From NCBI GenBank assembly GCA_030248215.1, contig JASANG010000753.1:248001-312000 (forward strand): a stretch of DNA of 64,000 bases, read 5' to 3'. The position numbers and the translations under genes were made by a program. This DNA comes from Enoplolaimus lenunculus. Taxonomy: Eukaryota. This document shows, in pieces, positions 26,501 through 37,398 of the stretch (position 1 is its first letter; each line of letters begins with the position of its first letter). The notes beneath the pieces were generated by a model. That model worked only from the letters and a program-made list of their open reading frames with translations. It was not told the origin of the DNA and did no database searches.

Positions 26501-26739
26501 GGACGCTTAGCCCATGACCCCTTCTGGTTGCGATGTTGCTAGTCACGTGTTGAATTTGTTTAAACCAGGTAACTTGGTTTCATAACGGCAGCCGAATCGC
26601 TAGCGAGCAAGTATTTGAACCAAAGTTGGCGCATTTTCAAATCAACGAAGCAACCGACAAAACCGCAGGAACTTATAAAGTTGCAATTGAAAATCGTTAC
26701 GGATACGCGGAAAGTGTTGCGCAATTGTTTGTTGAATAA
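5472..26739 (+). CDS. Multi-exon secreted vWA/Ig-domain protein, about 1054 aa (SP-vWA-S/T linker-Ig x5-vWA-Ig)
   Basis: Exons: 5472-5545, 5997-6010 (tentative micro-exon), 8180-8395, 8693-8898, 10130-10316, 10740-10865, 11902-12005, 13050-13230, 15172-15269, 15810-15984, 16675-16793, 17535-17739, 18802-18899, 19135-19339, 20356-20450, 21328-21532, 22372-22581, 23057-23241, 23974-24163, 25044-25144, 26569-26739. All introns GT-AG, phases match, total 3165 nt, no internal stop. Confidence 0.88.
5614..5949 (+). mobile_element. TTAGGC-array MITE family A copy with expanded array
   Basis: Perfect 8-bp TSD GCTGTAAG; long (TTAGGC)n at about 5740-5905. Confidence 0.9.
6169..6717 (+). mobile_element. 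piggyBac-like MITE family F (tandem pair) with tRNA-like segment
   Basis: TTAA-CCCTTTCTCACAT...ATGTGAGAAGGGG and ...GAGAATGGG-TTAA. Other copies at about 9600-10033, 22026-22290, 36929-37191. Confidence 0.85.
7635..8160. mobile_element. PIF/Harbinger-like MITE family H with GC-rich interior
   Basis: GGGTTGCGC...AGCGCAACCG flanked by TAA/TAA. Copies at 43688-43761 (TAA/TTA) and 56321-56741 (tandem pair); remnants near 18205, 59950, 60340. Confidence 0.8.
8180..10316 (+). CDS. vWA domain 1 (3 exons: 8180-8395, 8693-8898, 10130-10316)
   Basis: [12 protein letters not shown] (MIDAS DxSxS), [30 protein letters not shown]; flanking Cys pair (DLCST...NSVCK). Confidence 0.93.
10740..10865 (+). CDS. 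Ser/Thr-rich linker exon
   Basis: [48 protein letters not shown] acceptor, GTATGA donor, phase 1-1. Confidence 0.8.
11121..11510. mobile_element. MITE family L with about 36-bp TIR (TATTCTCAAATGTGTGTAGCACCTATTACCAGTT)
   Basis: Inverted pair at about 11122 and 11476-11510; second pair at about 46979-47399; solo ends near 22862, 33735, 34615, 60039, 63030. Confidence 0.7.
11902..21532 (+). CDS. Five tandem I-set-like Ig domains, two exons each
   Basis: Motifs such as [21 protein letters not shown] / [85 protein letters not shown]. Confidence 0.9.
13284..13733. mobile_element. TA-flanked MITE family G (Tc1/mariner/pogo-like)
   Basis: TIR CTGTAGTGACCCGAATAAGA/TCTTATTCGGGTCACTACAG with TA on both sides; copies at 29033-29453 and about 61209-61639. 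Confidence 0.88.
14350..14883. repeat. 23-bp tandem satellite (about 23 units) with a telomere-like core
   Basis: Unit CCTAATTAAATCCTAAGCCTATT, highly homogeneous. Confidence 0.95.
16013..17985. mobile_element. Cluster of four family A MITEs (about 16013-16225 -, 16912-17120 -, 17273-17448 -, 17775-17985 +) in introns of the vWA/Ig gene
   Basis: Shared TIR and core; TSDs AGTCGTAC/AGTTGTAG and ATTGTAAG/ATTGTGAG. Confidence 0.85.
20626..20795. mobile_element. Palindromic MITE family K
   Basis: CAACTTCCACAATAACATGCGTA...TACGCATGTTATTGTGGAAGTT plus an inner inverted repeat; similar copy at about 30072-30272. Confidence 0.7.
21126..21258 (-). mobile_element. Minimal non-autonomous Helitron (133 bp)
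   Basis: Minus strand reads A|TCTATATTATTAAAGCTAG...GTTGCACATGTGTGCAAC hairpin-TACGGATTA-CTAG|T. A near-identical 3' end lies on + at 58641-58672. Confidence 0.85.
22372..24163 (+). CDS. vWA domain 2 (3 exons: 22372-22581, 23057-23241, 23974-24163)
   Basis: [43 protein letters not shown]; flanking Cys pair (YNCST...SIRCR); same intron positions as vWA1. Confidence 0.93.
25044..26739 (+). CDS. C-terminal Ig domain (exons 25044-25144, 26569-26739) and stop
   Basis: [31 protein letters not shown] / VTWFHNG...[19 protein letters not shown]; the TAA stop overlaps AATAAA. Confidence 0.88.
25150..25324 (+). mobile_element. hAT-like MITE family J (CAGGCCCGTAGCCA...TGGCTACGGG termini, 8-bp TSD)
   Basis: TSD AATGTAAG/AATTTAAG; copy at about 25932-26093 has CGAAAGAC/AGAAAGAC. 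Others near 12855, 18000, 23316, 34795, 35560, 39240 (-), 46337. Confidence 0.82.
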
Positions 26740-27599
26740 ATTTTTTCGAACAATTTTGGCTTTTATCTGCGTCGGAAGCGTGGCGTTTCTGAGATGTTAT
26801 ACGTCTGGTGAATACAGTTAATAATACTCGCGGATTGAAGGGAGTCATCCAAGCAGAGACCTGTCCGCAAAACGGATCAATCCCTAAGATTTTGTACTGT
26901 CAGGTTTAGCACTAAAATGACGTTCGGATTGTCGCTCGCGATTGTTTTCCACTATTTTATATCTCCAGCGGCCTCCCTTTTTAAAAATTTCTGGATCCGC
27001 CACCGTTTTACAAATACAGCACGTCACCTACACCAGCATAGAGTCATGTTTCCCTATAATTTCGTGCAAAGCGTAGCCCTGACTTTACTCAATTCCATAC
27101 AGAGTTTACTATGCGCAAGAGTGGATAATGACAAGAGTGTGCAATTCTTGGGGTCTCGCATTGTACAAAATGACCCACCGGGCGTTGTGTTTCTGGCCGA
27201 TCCTCCTTGTTTGGAGTTGGGGTTCGCTATCACATGAATACCCCTAAATTAAACTATAAGGAAAACCATGTTTGACACCGCGTACATAAAGTGTCATGGT
27301 TCGCACAGGATGTACCCCCTTCTAAATAAGAGGGCGGTAGGGCAAAAACGCAACGTGTGCTGGGTACATTTTTTTCTACACAGAATGTGGCCGATTGCAC
27401 AGTCTTCTTAAATAGCGATTATCTTCTCTTGGTATCAGCAACTACTTTTTACTCCCATAAAACATGTACAAACGCCCATCAAATTTTGTGTATGCAATAA
27501 ACTTGGTAAAGCTTACATTTTACGAACATGAGAATAATAGATACTTTCTGTTTCAGTCAGTGCGTGTTTGCTCGTTTGCAAAAAACTTTTTCATGAAAT

Positions 27600-28035
27600 G
27601 CCTAAGCCTAAGCGTAAGAATGAGCCTAATCCTAAGCCTAAGCTTAAGCCTAAGCGTAAGAATGAGCATAATCCTAAGCCTAAGCTTAAGCCTAAGCGTA
27701 AGAATGAGCATAATCCTAAGCCTAAGCTTAAGCCTAAGCGTAACAATGAGCATAATCCTAAGCCTAAGCTTAAGCCTAAGCGTAACAATGAGCATAAACC
27801 TAAGCCTAAGCTTAATCCTAAGCGTAAGAATGAGCATATTCCTAAGCCTAAGTTTAAGCCTAAGCGTAAGAATGAGCATAATTCTAAGCCTAAGCTTAAG
27901 CCTAAGCGTAAGAATGAGCATATTCCTAAGCCTAAGCCTATAACCTTAAGCCAAGCAAAAAAATAAGTTAAAGCTTAAGCTTACTTTATTCTAGTACCAT
28001 TTAAAAACGGTTCACCCCTGATCTTTACATGGGCC
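27600..28035 (-). repeat. Family A MITE whose interior expanded into a 42-bp minisatellite (about 8 units)
   Basis: Unit CCTAAGCCTAAGCTTAAGCCTAAGCGTAAGAATGAGCATAAT, followed by the family A end ...GATCTTTACATGGGCC. Confidence 0.9.
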
Positions 28036-28271
28036 AAATTCATAATAAACTGACGTGACATTTGACTAAATTTCCATGCTCATAACAACATTTTGTCGTC
28101 TTGGGGGGTAGCAGATTTAAATTTATTACCTTAAAATGCGTGACTTACAATATTCATTGCTTGTAAGATCGGTCAAATCTCTTGTGAATTTGATACGCGG
28201 TTGGCTTTAATGTGGGATTGGTACAAAATGTAAATGCAGAATGGTTTTACAAGTCGACGCTATAAACCTGC

Positions 28272-30859
28272 GACCAATGTAAAGAACAGGGGCGGAACAG
28301 TATCATAAACATATTCCTAAGCCTAAGCCTAAGCGTAAAAATGAGCATATTCCTAAACCTGAGCCTAAGCCTAAGCCAAGCAAAAAAATAGTCTAAAGCG
28401 TAAGCTTACTCTGTTGTACACTCATAGAAAAACGTTCCGCCCCTGATCTTTACATGGGCCAAACTCAGCGAAGCAAACGCAAGTTCTACAGTACTCTCAC
28501 TGAGAGTTTCAAAGTGAATTTCAACGTGTAGTTCAATTTGACTCAGTCAGTTTTGGTATAAAATTTTGAGATGGGTAAAATATTTTCATATATTAATATT
28601 ACAAGTTTATGAACTATTATTAATGTACTATTCAAGACTGATTTCATTTCTTGACCAATTTTTTGGCCATTGTACAAACTACGGGTTTTAGACTAATTTT
28701 TTGCTTAGGCTTAGTCTTAGGTACAAGCACATTTTTATATGCGCATTTTCTTAGGCTTAGGCATAGGCTTTGGAATTTGTTTTATACTACCGTTACAGTC
28801 CGGTTCTGTTTTCGTACTAACGGTGGTGAATTTTGCTGTGTAACCTAATAAATGATGTAATTTATGCCACACATAAGCAATGTAGTTGCTTGCTAAACAT
28901 AATTGGGCCCACGTAAAGATCAGTAGCGGAACGTTTTTCTGGTTGACTTCAAAAGAGAAAGCGTAAAACTTTATAACAATTTTTTTTTTGGTTTAGGATT
29001 TAGGCTTAGATATAAGCTCATTCTTACACTTACTGTATTGACCCGAATAAGAGGGGGGTAATAAGTGGAGGGGTCCCATTTTGAGTCCGAATCAATAGAA
29101 GTCCGTATCCCTAATAAGAGCCCGTAAGCGGATAGGGCTTCTAAACCCTAATTTGAGTCCATAAATGTCAATTAACCCTAACTGTAGCATATAAATGACT
29201 CCAGGACCAAATAATTTGAGTTCGAAACTTAAAGCGTACTTAAATTTTGAATGTACATTCCTAGGTATAACCTTTTCACAAGACAAATAAACGTTTAATT
29301 CAACCGATAATTGCAATACCGGATATATCAGTAACGCAGGGCGGCGGAGCGTGGGTTAAATATAATTAACAGTCCGTAACCGAATAACAATTGGGGTACC
29401 CTCTGGAGAGGCCCAATAAATATCAGTCCCCTTTCTTATTCGGGTCATTACAGTAGGTTTAGGCTTAAAATTATGCCTATACCACTGCTACGGCACTATT
29501 CTTTATATTGGCCGACAATTGTGACTGTTTCTAGCTTGTAATACCTATAGATCGAGCGCTGATTATTATATTAAATACTCAACAATTAAAGCCAGCTTCG
29601 GAGAAATTATATAATGGTTGAATCCGTTTTGAATAATGATAATAGGGGAGTTATCCCAACAGAAATGTTTGATTTATTAAAATTACTCGAGGGTGTGAAA
29701 ATCGTTGCAGACGTTTAGTGACGCTTTTGAACATTCAGCCAAAAAGGCGTCCATACACCCTACAGCTTAATCCAATCTTCCACGAATATTTTTTATTTCC
29801 TCGGCCAATGTAAAGAACAGGGGCGGAACAGTATTATAAGCTTATTCCTAAGCCTAAGCCTAAGCTTAAGCCTAATCGTAAGAATGAGTTTATTCCCAAG
29901 CCGAAGCCTAAGCGTAAGAATGAGTTTATTCCTAAGCCTAAGTCTAAGCCTAAACCAAGCAAGAAAATAGTCTAAAGCTTAAGCTTATACTATTCTAGTC
30001 CAACAGAAAAACGTTCCGCCCCGGATCTTTACATGGGCTATTTCCTCTAACGTCTAGATTTATGCACCTTACATCATATCATGCGTACGCCAGGTAACTA
30101 TTGATTGAATAGTGATATGGACACTAAACCTTTTCTGGCTTCAGTGTTTCGGAGGGAATCTGAACTGTTTTTGGCTTCAGCATTCGGGATACGGAAGCTT
30201 TTTTGGCTTAAGTGTTTGTGACACTTCCAATTCAAAAGTTACCTGGTATACGCATGATATTGCGGAAGTTGCATTTCAGGATATGATCCGAGTCTCGAGC
30301 GTTCGGATTGGAGATGTTTACCCGTCAATTTCCAGCTTAATGATCGAACGCGATGAGGCTTCTAAGTTTTCGTCAGATTACGTTTGTTTCAATATGCGTC
30401 TAGCAGTTATTGGTATACTTTGCTAGTAACGCGGTCCGACAACAAACGATGGTCCTGATACGCTTTTCCCACGGCTCCTGCGCGCTAACCCCCGTATGGT
30501 TCCGTCTTAGGCTCAGAAAGATGCTAAAAGGCTTTGGGAAAGGGGTTACCTTAGGCTTTAACAAAAGTCTAAGCAAAGCTAAGCCTTTTTCTTAGCCCCA
30601 GTCTAAACGTAAGCACAAATGTGAGCGAAAAGTGTACAAGAGCCTCGGTCAATGTAAAGATCAGGGGCGGAACGTTTTTCTGTGGGACTAGAAAAGAGTA
30701 AGCTTAAGGTTTAAGACTAATTTTTTTGCTTGGCTTAGGTTTAGGCTTAGGCTTAGGAATAAACTCGTGCTTACGCTTAGGCTTAGGCTTAGGCTAGGCT
30801 TAGGCTTAGGCTTACGAATATGCATATAATACTGTTCCACCCTGTTCTTTGCATTGGCC
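28272..30859. mobile_element. Family A MITE copies: 28272-28460 (-), 28906-29513 (+, interrupted), 29803-30039 (-), 30647-30859 (+)
   Basis: TIRs GGCC(C/A)ATGTAAAGA(T/A)CAGGGGCGGAAC; perfect TSD ATTTCCTC around 29803-30039. Confidence 0.9.
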
Positions 30860-31935
30860 AGAGTCTTCATGAGTCATTTAATAAACCAAACCTAAATATG
30901 CTCCCGTAAAATGCTGTCACTTTCCTGGTCACGGGAAGGTTTTTGTCTCATTTTACTCACAATATTGACACATTTTTCAGGCGTTTCATAAGGCAGCAAA
31001 ACGTCAACCGCTTGGCTGCCAGAGGCTTTAGCTTGTGGTCTTGTGTCTCCGTTGCGGGAACAGAACTATTGGAAACACGAACTCAATTTGTCAAAAATTG
31101 TGTTTGTTTTACCAAAATGGAATTAAAACTGCACTTGTTTAGTGAGAGAAACGACCCATGTAAAGATTAGGGGCGGAACGTTTTTCTGTGCGACTGCAAT
31201 AGAGTAAGTAAATTTAAGCTTTAGACTCAATTTTTTGCTTGGTTTAGGCTTAGGCTGTAACCTAGTATCGATTGCAGTATATGAAACTACACACACAAAC
31301 AAGTATTTCTGAATTTGTTCAGAAAAGTATTTCCTGTGGCAAATCTGAAAAGTTTTTCTGATATTTAAGACAATTTTTCTAAAAATAATACGAAAACGTT
31401 TATTTTCAGGCTTGATTTCAAAGCTTTTTTGAAAACTTTTCTGTTACAGGTTTAACCGAAGTGAGTCTAGGCGTAATGTCGAACGTTCAGTTAGAACTTA
31501 GCCAAATTCTTGATTGGATTATTCGGAACCATTGCTTTTTTGTCAGGTAACTATAGCTACTATAACCCTATGCTGGTAGCCAGCCCCATGTATCTTTCGT
31601 CAACCGTCAACCATAGCTTTTGTATTTTAGTGCCAGTAGTTCTGGCCGCAAAGCCTTGCAGACGGCAAATCCTATAAGCAATCGCCTGTGTGCCTTTATT
31701 TTTTAACATCTCATTTAGCGCAAAACGGTTAAACTTTTGTTTCTGATGTACCCCCTTTTTAAATTGATTTATCGTAACATTCGGTTTTGGTGCGAACCTT
31801 TCCTTTGATTGCAGTTTTTTCATTGGTTGTGATGGTGTCGTTTAGCTTCCTTGCAGCTGATTGGCCATTTTTTGGGCATTTTATGGACAATCAGCGCAGT
31901 ACGCGTGGGGTGGCAACGATAGTCTATGAGAGGTA

Positions 31936-32144
31936 CACTGCAAAAAATGGTGAGTCAAATTGACTCCCTCCGAAATAGGCTCTATGGGACTACACAAACT
32001 GAGTCCAATTCGACTCCGCCAGAGTCAAACGTGCGACTCAGTGAGCCGAATTTGGCTCTGGCGGAGTCGAATTTGACTCAGTTTGTGTAGTCCCGTAGAG
32101 CGTATTTCGGAGAGAGTCAAATTGACTCACCATTTTTTGCAGTG
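31936..32144. mobile_element. Palindromic MITE family C (CACTG termini, 2-bp TSD; CMC/EnSpm-like by termini)
   Basis: Near-perfect 209-bp inverted repeat CACTGCAAAAAATGGTGAGTC...GACTCACCATTTTTTGCAGTG flanked by TA. Copies at about 13933-14114, 34475-34612, 38861-39062, 40008-40135. A related CACTG family lies at about 23680-23912 and 50352-50604. Confidence 0.85.
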
Positions 32145-32147
32145 TAT

Positions 32148-32349
32148 GGCCAATGTAAAGAACAGGGTCGGAACAGTATTATAACCAAATTCCTTAGCCT
32201 AAGCCTAAGCCTAAGACTATGCGTAAAAATCAGCATATTTCTAAGCTAAAGCCTAAGCCGAAGCCACGCAAAAAAATACTCTAAAGCTTAAGCTTACTCT
32301 ATTGCAGTCCCACAAAAAAAAACATTCCGCCCCCTGATCTTTATGGGCC
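32148..32349 (-). mobile_element. Family A MITE copy
   Basis: TIRs and GCCTAA array; left TSD split by a family C insertion. Confidence 0.85.
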
Positions 32350-32756
32350 AGAGATATGTTGGAGGACAGATTATTTATGAGAGAAACTTTAGGGGGGCAG
32401 ATTGACCATGAGCTTCTTTTTGAAACGTAGTTTTGTGGGTCGGGGCGGAAGATTATCCATGAGAGGAATTGGTAGAGAGAAATTGTCCACGAAATCGTTC
32501 TGAGACGTGGGGCTGGTGAATTTTGGAGTCATATCCGCAATGGTTAACAGGTGCTAATTATCTTACACTCGGGCACAATTTATAGAGCGGACCATTGTCA
32601 GCATGTTTGTGTATTTAGGGACCCAAGCACCCCTAAGAATCAAGAAATACTCAAATGCTAAGCGGTCATTATGAACCTTTGATGTTCCCTATTCATTGTT
32701 TTACTGTGATGTTTCGCCTCCGTACCTTTACCCTGGCATCTATCAAATTCAATTAT

Positions 32757-33483
32757 CTGAGAATCGCCAAGATTTGGCGAAAAGAGTAACTCTTTGAAAC
32801 ATTACAGGAGTGCAACCGACGGTCGACCTCCGGCTTTGGCAAAATTGGCCAAGTTCTTTGTCAACCCCCCAATGGGGTATCCAGAGAATCGCCAAGATTT
32901 GGTCAAAAAAGTAACTCCTTAAACATTACCGGAGTGAAACCGATGGTCGCTCTCCTGCTTTAACAAAATTGACCAAGTTATTTGCTACCTCACAGTGACG
33001 CAGCCGGAAAATCGTCATGATTTGGTCAAAAAGTCACTCTAAAACATAACCGGACTGCAACCAACGGTTGCCCTCCTGCTTTAGCAAAATTGGCCAAGTT
33101 GTTTGTCAACCCCCAGTGGGGCATCCAAAGAATCGCCAAGATTTGGTCAAAAAAGTAACTCCTTAAACATTACTTATCGGAGTGCCACCGACGATCACTC
33201 TCCTGCTTTAACAAATTTGGCCAAGTTTTTCGCCACCTCCCAGTGACACATCCACAGAGTCGTCAAAATTTGGTCAAAAAAGTAACTCCTTAAACATTAC
33301 CGGAGTGAAACCGATGGTCGCTCTCCTGGTTTAACAAAATTGGCCAAGTTTTTCGCCACCTCCCAGTGATACATCCACAGAGTCGTGAAAATTTGGTCAA
33401 AAAAGTAACTCCTTAAACATTACCAGAGTGCAACCCACGGTCGATCTCTATCTTTAGCAAAATTGGCCAAATTGTTTGTCACC
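32757..33483. repeat. About 122-bp tandem repeat, about 6 diverged units
   Basis: Recurring AATCGCCAAGATTTGGTCAAAAAAGTAACTCCTTAAACATTAC...AAAATTGGCCAAGTT. Confidence 0.9.
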
Positions 33484-33946
33484 TCAAAGCGGCGGATCCA
33501 CAATTCTAACTAACGATCGCGTAGCTTTATAGTGACAAAAACATAACAAACAAAGCGAGCGAAAAGCCAAATTCAATATAAGCGATTCATAAGCAAAAAA
33601 TCTGTAAGATAGTGATTTTACCATTTTTGTAAAACTTCTGCCAACAATCCACAAACCAATTACCTCAATTATTATTACGTCATTCACAATAATTCTATCG
33701 TTTACCGAACCGATACCGCTATCTTGTCATAGATGCTACACACATTTGAGAATACGGACCAAAAGGCTGGGGTCAAGCAAATTGTTTCATTTTCACAACC
33801 GATTTTAAATCCTTCGAGTATTTCATAATGTTTTGTTTGGTCAAAACCAAACAAACGAACACAATGCTCGGCTAAGCTTTGGCGACAGCTTTGCATCTCA
33901 GTTGGAAACCATTCACCGGTTTAGGTTTAAAGTTCCCCCATTGGCG

Positions 33947-34109
33947 TTATATATATATAAAAATATATATTTATATATATAAATATATATATTTATATAT
34001 ATATATTTATATATATCTATATATAAATATATATATTTTTATATATATATATATAAATTTATATATTGATATATATAAATATATATATTTATATATATGT
34101 ATATATATA

Positions 34110-34177
<68 letters not shown>
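33947..34177. repeat. (TA)n-rich microsatellite
   Basis: Direct observation; others at about 41459-41650 and 55178-55229. Confidence 0.95.
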
Positions 34178-35911
34178 TTGATGTCGTGCTGAGGTTGAAA
34201 TGAAAAACTTCTTGCGCAACATTAGGCAAAATATCATTTATGAGCAATCGGTTTATAATCAAAAGTTACTCTGTAAACTCAAGAAAATTACGACAGATTT
34301 TAGCTTAAAGCACGGAAGCGGTACTTAGAGATTACCTGACCAGCAGGGTATACGGCAATGTTTTGCCATACATCGAACGGGACCTGAACAACGTTGCCAG
34401 AAGTAAAGCGTTCGTTTAAGCTTAGGATTAACGCCGCTGTACAAGATTTATTACTAACTGATGATAGGTGCTGCAGTGCAAAACCTGGTGTGTCAAATTG
34501 ACTGTTCAGTGAGTCGAATTTATCTCTGGCGGAGTCGAATTTGACTCAGTTTGTGTAGGCCGTAAAAGCCTATTTTGGAGAGAGTCAATGTGAATAACCA
34601 TAATTTACAGTGTGCGCACATTTGAGAATATAGGTCCAATATAGGTCCAAGCCATAGAGTATATTTTTATAGTTTTAAAATTCATATCTTAAGGCTGACC
34701 AAATGTGTCTCAACCTCTAAACCTTTCGTGTTATCATCTTGCAACACTTGTCACCCATTTGACAAGAAAACTCATTATGAGTTCAAAATAATCTCAGGCC
34801 CTTAGCCAGCTCACCTTGCTAGGTAGCTAAATATTTTCAAAAGTGGAATATTGAGGTTTTTGATGACTTTTACAAGCAAAGTTGAAAATATTTAGGGAGG
34901 CCAAAATTCTTCATGATAAGAGAAGCCGAACGCCCCGTGGCCCCCATTTGGCAACCGGCTCAAAAAATGTATCTGTATCGCAATCACGACAGTCTCGGTG
35001 GGTGGCATACGTTCCCCCATACCGGCTGGATCCTCTACTGCTCTACGCTATACTACAGTACCAAATTTAAAATAATTGCATAAAAACGCTTTTTACGCTA
35101 AATATTTATGGGTTTTTTCATTACGTATATAATCACTTAATTTAGGCTTTCATCAATAGTTCAAACGGCGCCGCAACCGAATAAGAAATAATTTTCCGGT
35201 TTGAATTGTGTCTCACCGAACACATTTGTATTAACTGCGTGCCGTTGTGGGGTTTATATTGAATTGTTAAAATTCCCAGTTATTTTCTAATCTAAGCAGA
35301 ACCATATTTTCTGCGGACGACGCTAAATCGTGTTTTGTTGATCTATTTTCTGCTAAACTCAGTAGGTATGTCGACGCGTTGAAATTTGGTTCAACGCCGT
35401 TGTGTCAAATTAACTGAAAATCGCAGAAATTATAACTGTAGTTCTGTATATGGTACGTCTGCATTATCGTTCTTGTGAGCCTAACCAGTTGCGAAGGTAG
35501 GTAAGGCGTATGTGGCATTTTTGGATCAACCGACATTTTGGAGCTTACAAGTGTCCGTACGGGCCCGTAGCCAGCTCACCTGGCTAGGGAGGCTAAAAAT
35601 TTTTAGGAGGGGTGTTCAAGCGTTTTTAATGACTTGCACACAAGGTTGAAAATTTTTGGGGGGGCACAATTTTTCAAGGGGGGGGCTGAGTTCCCCTGCC
35701 CCCCCCCCTTCAAAATACTTATAAATTTCAGTTGTTGTATCGAAAATTTTAAAGGCAAAACGCAAGCTTAAGTCACCCCCGCCACAGTAGAATAGTTCCC
35801 CCACTACAACAATTCGATTTTCAGGACGACTGTCACCCCCTGAACCTATGCGATTACAAATAATACTAAGCATCACGGTGGGGCTGCCGTCTCCCAAGCC
35901 CTTCGCACAAA

Positions 35912-36250
35912 ACGGTTCTTAGTAAACTAAGTGTAAGCCTAACTCTAATTTTAAGCCTAAATTAGGCCAATATCTCCACGTTTGAAAAAAGCGATAAGAA
36001 ATCCACTAAAGCGGTTATTAGTTATTAAAGTGTAAGTTTAACTCTAATTTTAAGCCTAAATTAGGACAATATCTCAACGTTTGAAAAAAGCGATAGGAAA
36101 TCCACTAAGCGGTTCTTAGTAATTAAAGTGTAAGCTTAACTGTAATTTTAAGCCTAAATTAGGCCAATATCTCAACGTTTGAAAAAAAGCGATAGGAAAT
36201 CCGCTAAGCGGATCTTAGTAATTAAAGTGTAATCTTAACTCTAATTTTAA
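35912..36250. repeat. About 99-bp tandem repeat, about 3.4 units
   Basis: Recurring GCGGTTCTTAGTAATTAAAGTGTAAGCTTAACTCTAATTTTAAGCCTAAATTAGGCCAATATCTC. Confidence 0.9.
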
Positions 36251-37398
36251 ACTTGAAACTTTTTTAAAAAAAGCGACAGAAAAGTTTTACAAACAAGCGC
36301 TCATTTTAACCATTTTAAAATCATCTGTACAGTAAATATTTTCCCATATTTACAGTCCTAAACTTGTTTTTTAAATGTCCCTATGTCAATTACTTCGCAG
36401 TTTGTGAGGTGACCCCGTCTATTTTGCCACTTTGAACGGTAGCGAAGCCCAAAAAATAATATTCGGCATAACCTCATCCTGATATACATGTTTTTATTTT
36501 CAAACCCGATCATAGAAGCGTGCTTTTTATACGCGAAATTTTCATAACGCGGGGGGACCCTGGTTTTTTAAAAATTTTACAAAATTTTAAGGCGGACGCC
36601 CCCCCACCCCAAAGTTACCAAAACCTACGTTCTTGTGTGTTCAAATATATTAAAGTTGAATTCAAACTGCACGATTGTATTTGAAATGAATGCACATTTC
36701 AACTGCGTAATTGAATTTTTGAAAATCAAAGCGACTTGGCTTTTGTTTCTTTTGAACGGTCAATTTTTGGCTTTAATTTAAGCCGTCGACAGATTAGGTT
36801 TACCCTGCCGATATAAGCAGACCTATGCTGCGCCGACCAGGAAATTACCGAAATCTTCTTAACCTTAACCTTAAAGAGTAGTTTAGTTTACCCTCCACAA
36901 CCCCCCTCTGTGTTATAACAAGGTTTCACCCTTTATCACATGAATATTTTCTATTTCATCTGAGATTTACTTTTATGCTAGGATTCGAACTCAAGTGACT
37001 GGAGTGGGAGGCGTATACCATCGTCACTCTGCTATAGGAGCTTGACGCTCGAGCCCGAGGGGGCTCTCACGTCTTGTGGTGATTTAGTACTATGTATACG
37101 TGTTGCAATTATTGAACACTGCGCGATATATATTATTTAACGTATATACCCTGCGCTGAGTTGCCTATAGACAACGCTATGTGAGAAGGGGTTAATAAAA
37201 CAGGCTTAAGCTTATGCTTCGGTTTAGGCTTAGGTTTAGCCTTTGGCTAAACTTTAGGATTAGGTTTAAGCTTAGGCTTAAGAAAATAATCAACATTATA
37301 ATTGACTGGTTTCTTCTGTAATTTATTAATATTTAGTATATGTAAAAAGAAACTATACAATTATAGTGTAAAGCTTGCGACTAATTCCAAATTCAGCA

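Noticed and set aside
5472..26739. Naming the gene hemicentin/him-4 or dig-1
   Set aside because: Far shorter, two vWA domains, Cys-less Ig domains, no EGF or FN3 modules; orthology unsupported.
27464..27966. ORFs rich in LRLRLR, PKPKPK, LSLSLS or LGLGLG (also at 4505, 17679, 30688, 38389, 63140 and others)
   Set aside because: Translations of TTAGGC/GCCTAA arrays inside MITEs.
30280..31470. Possible exons after TTTCAG/TTACAG acceptors at about 30280, 30981 and 31450
   Set aside because: No consistent phase chain or recognisable protein could be assembled.
33879..34237. YIYIYI ORFs
   Set aside because: (TA)n microsatellite translation.
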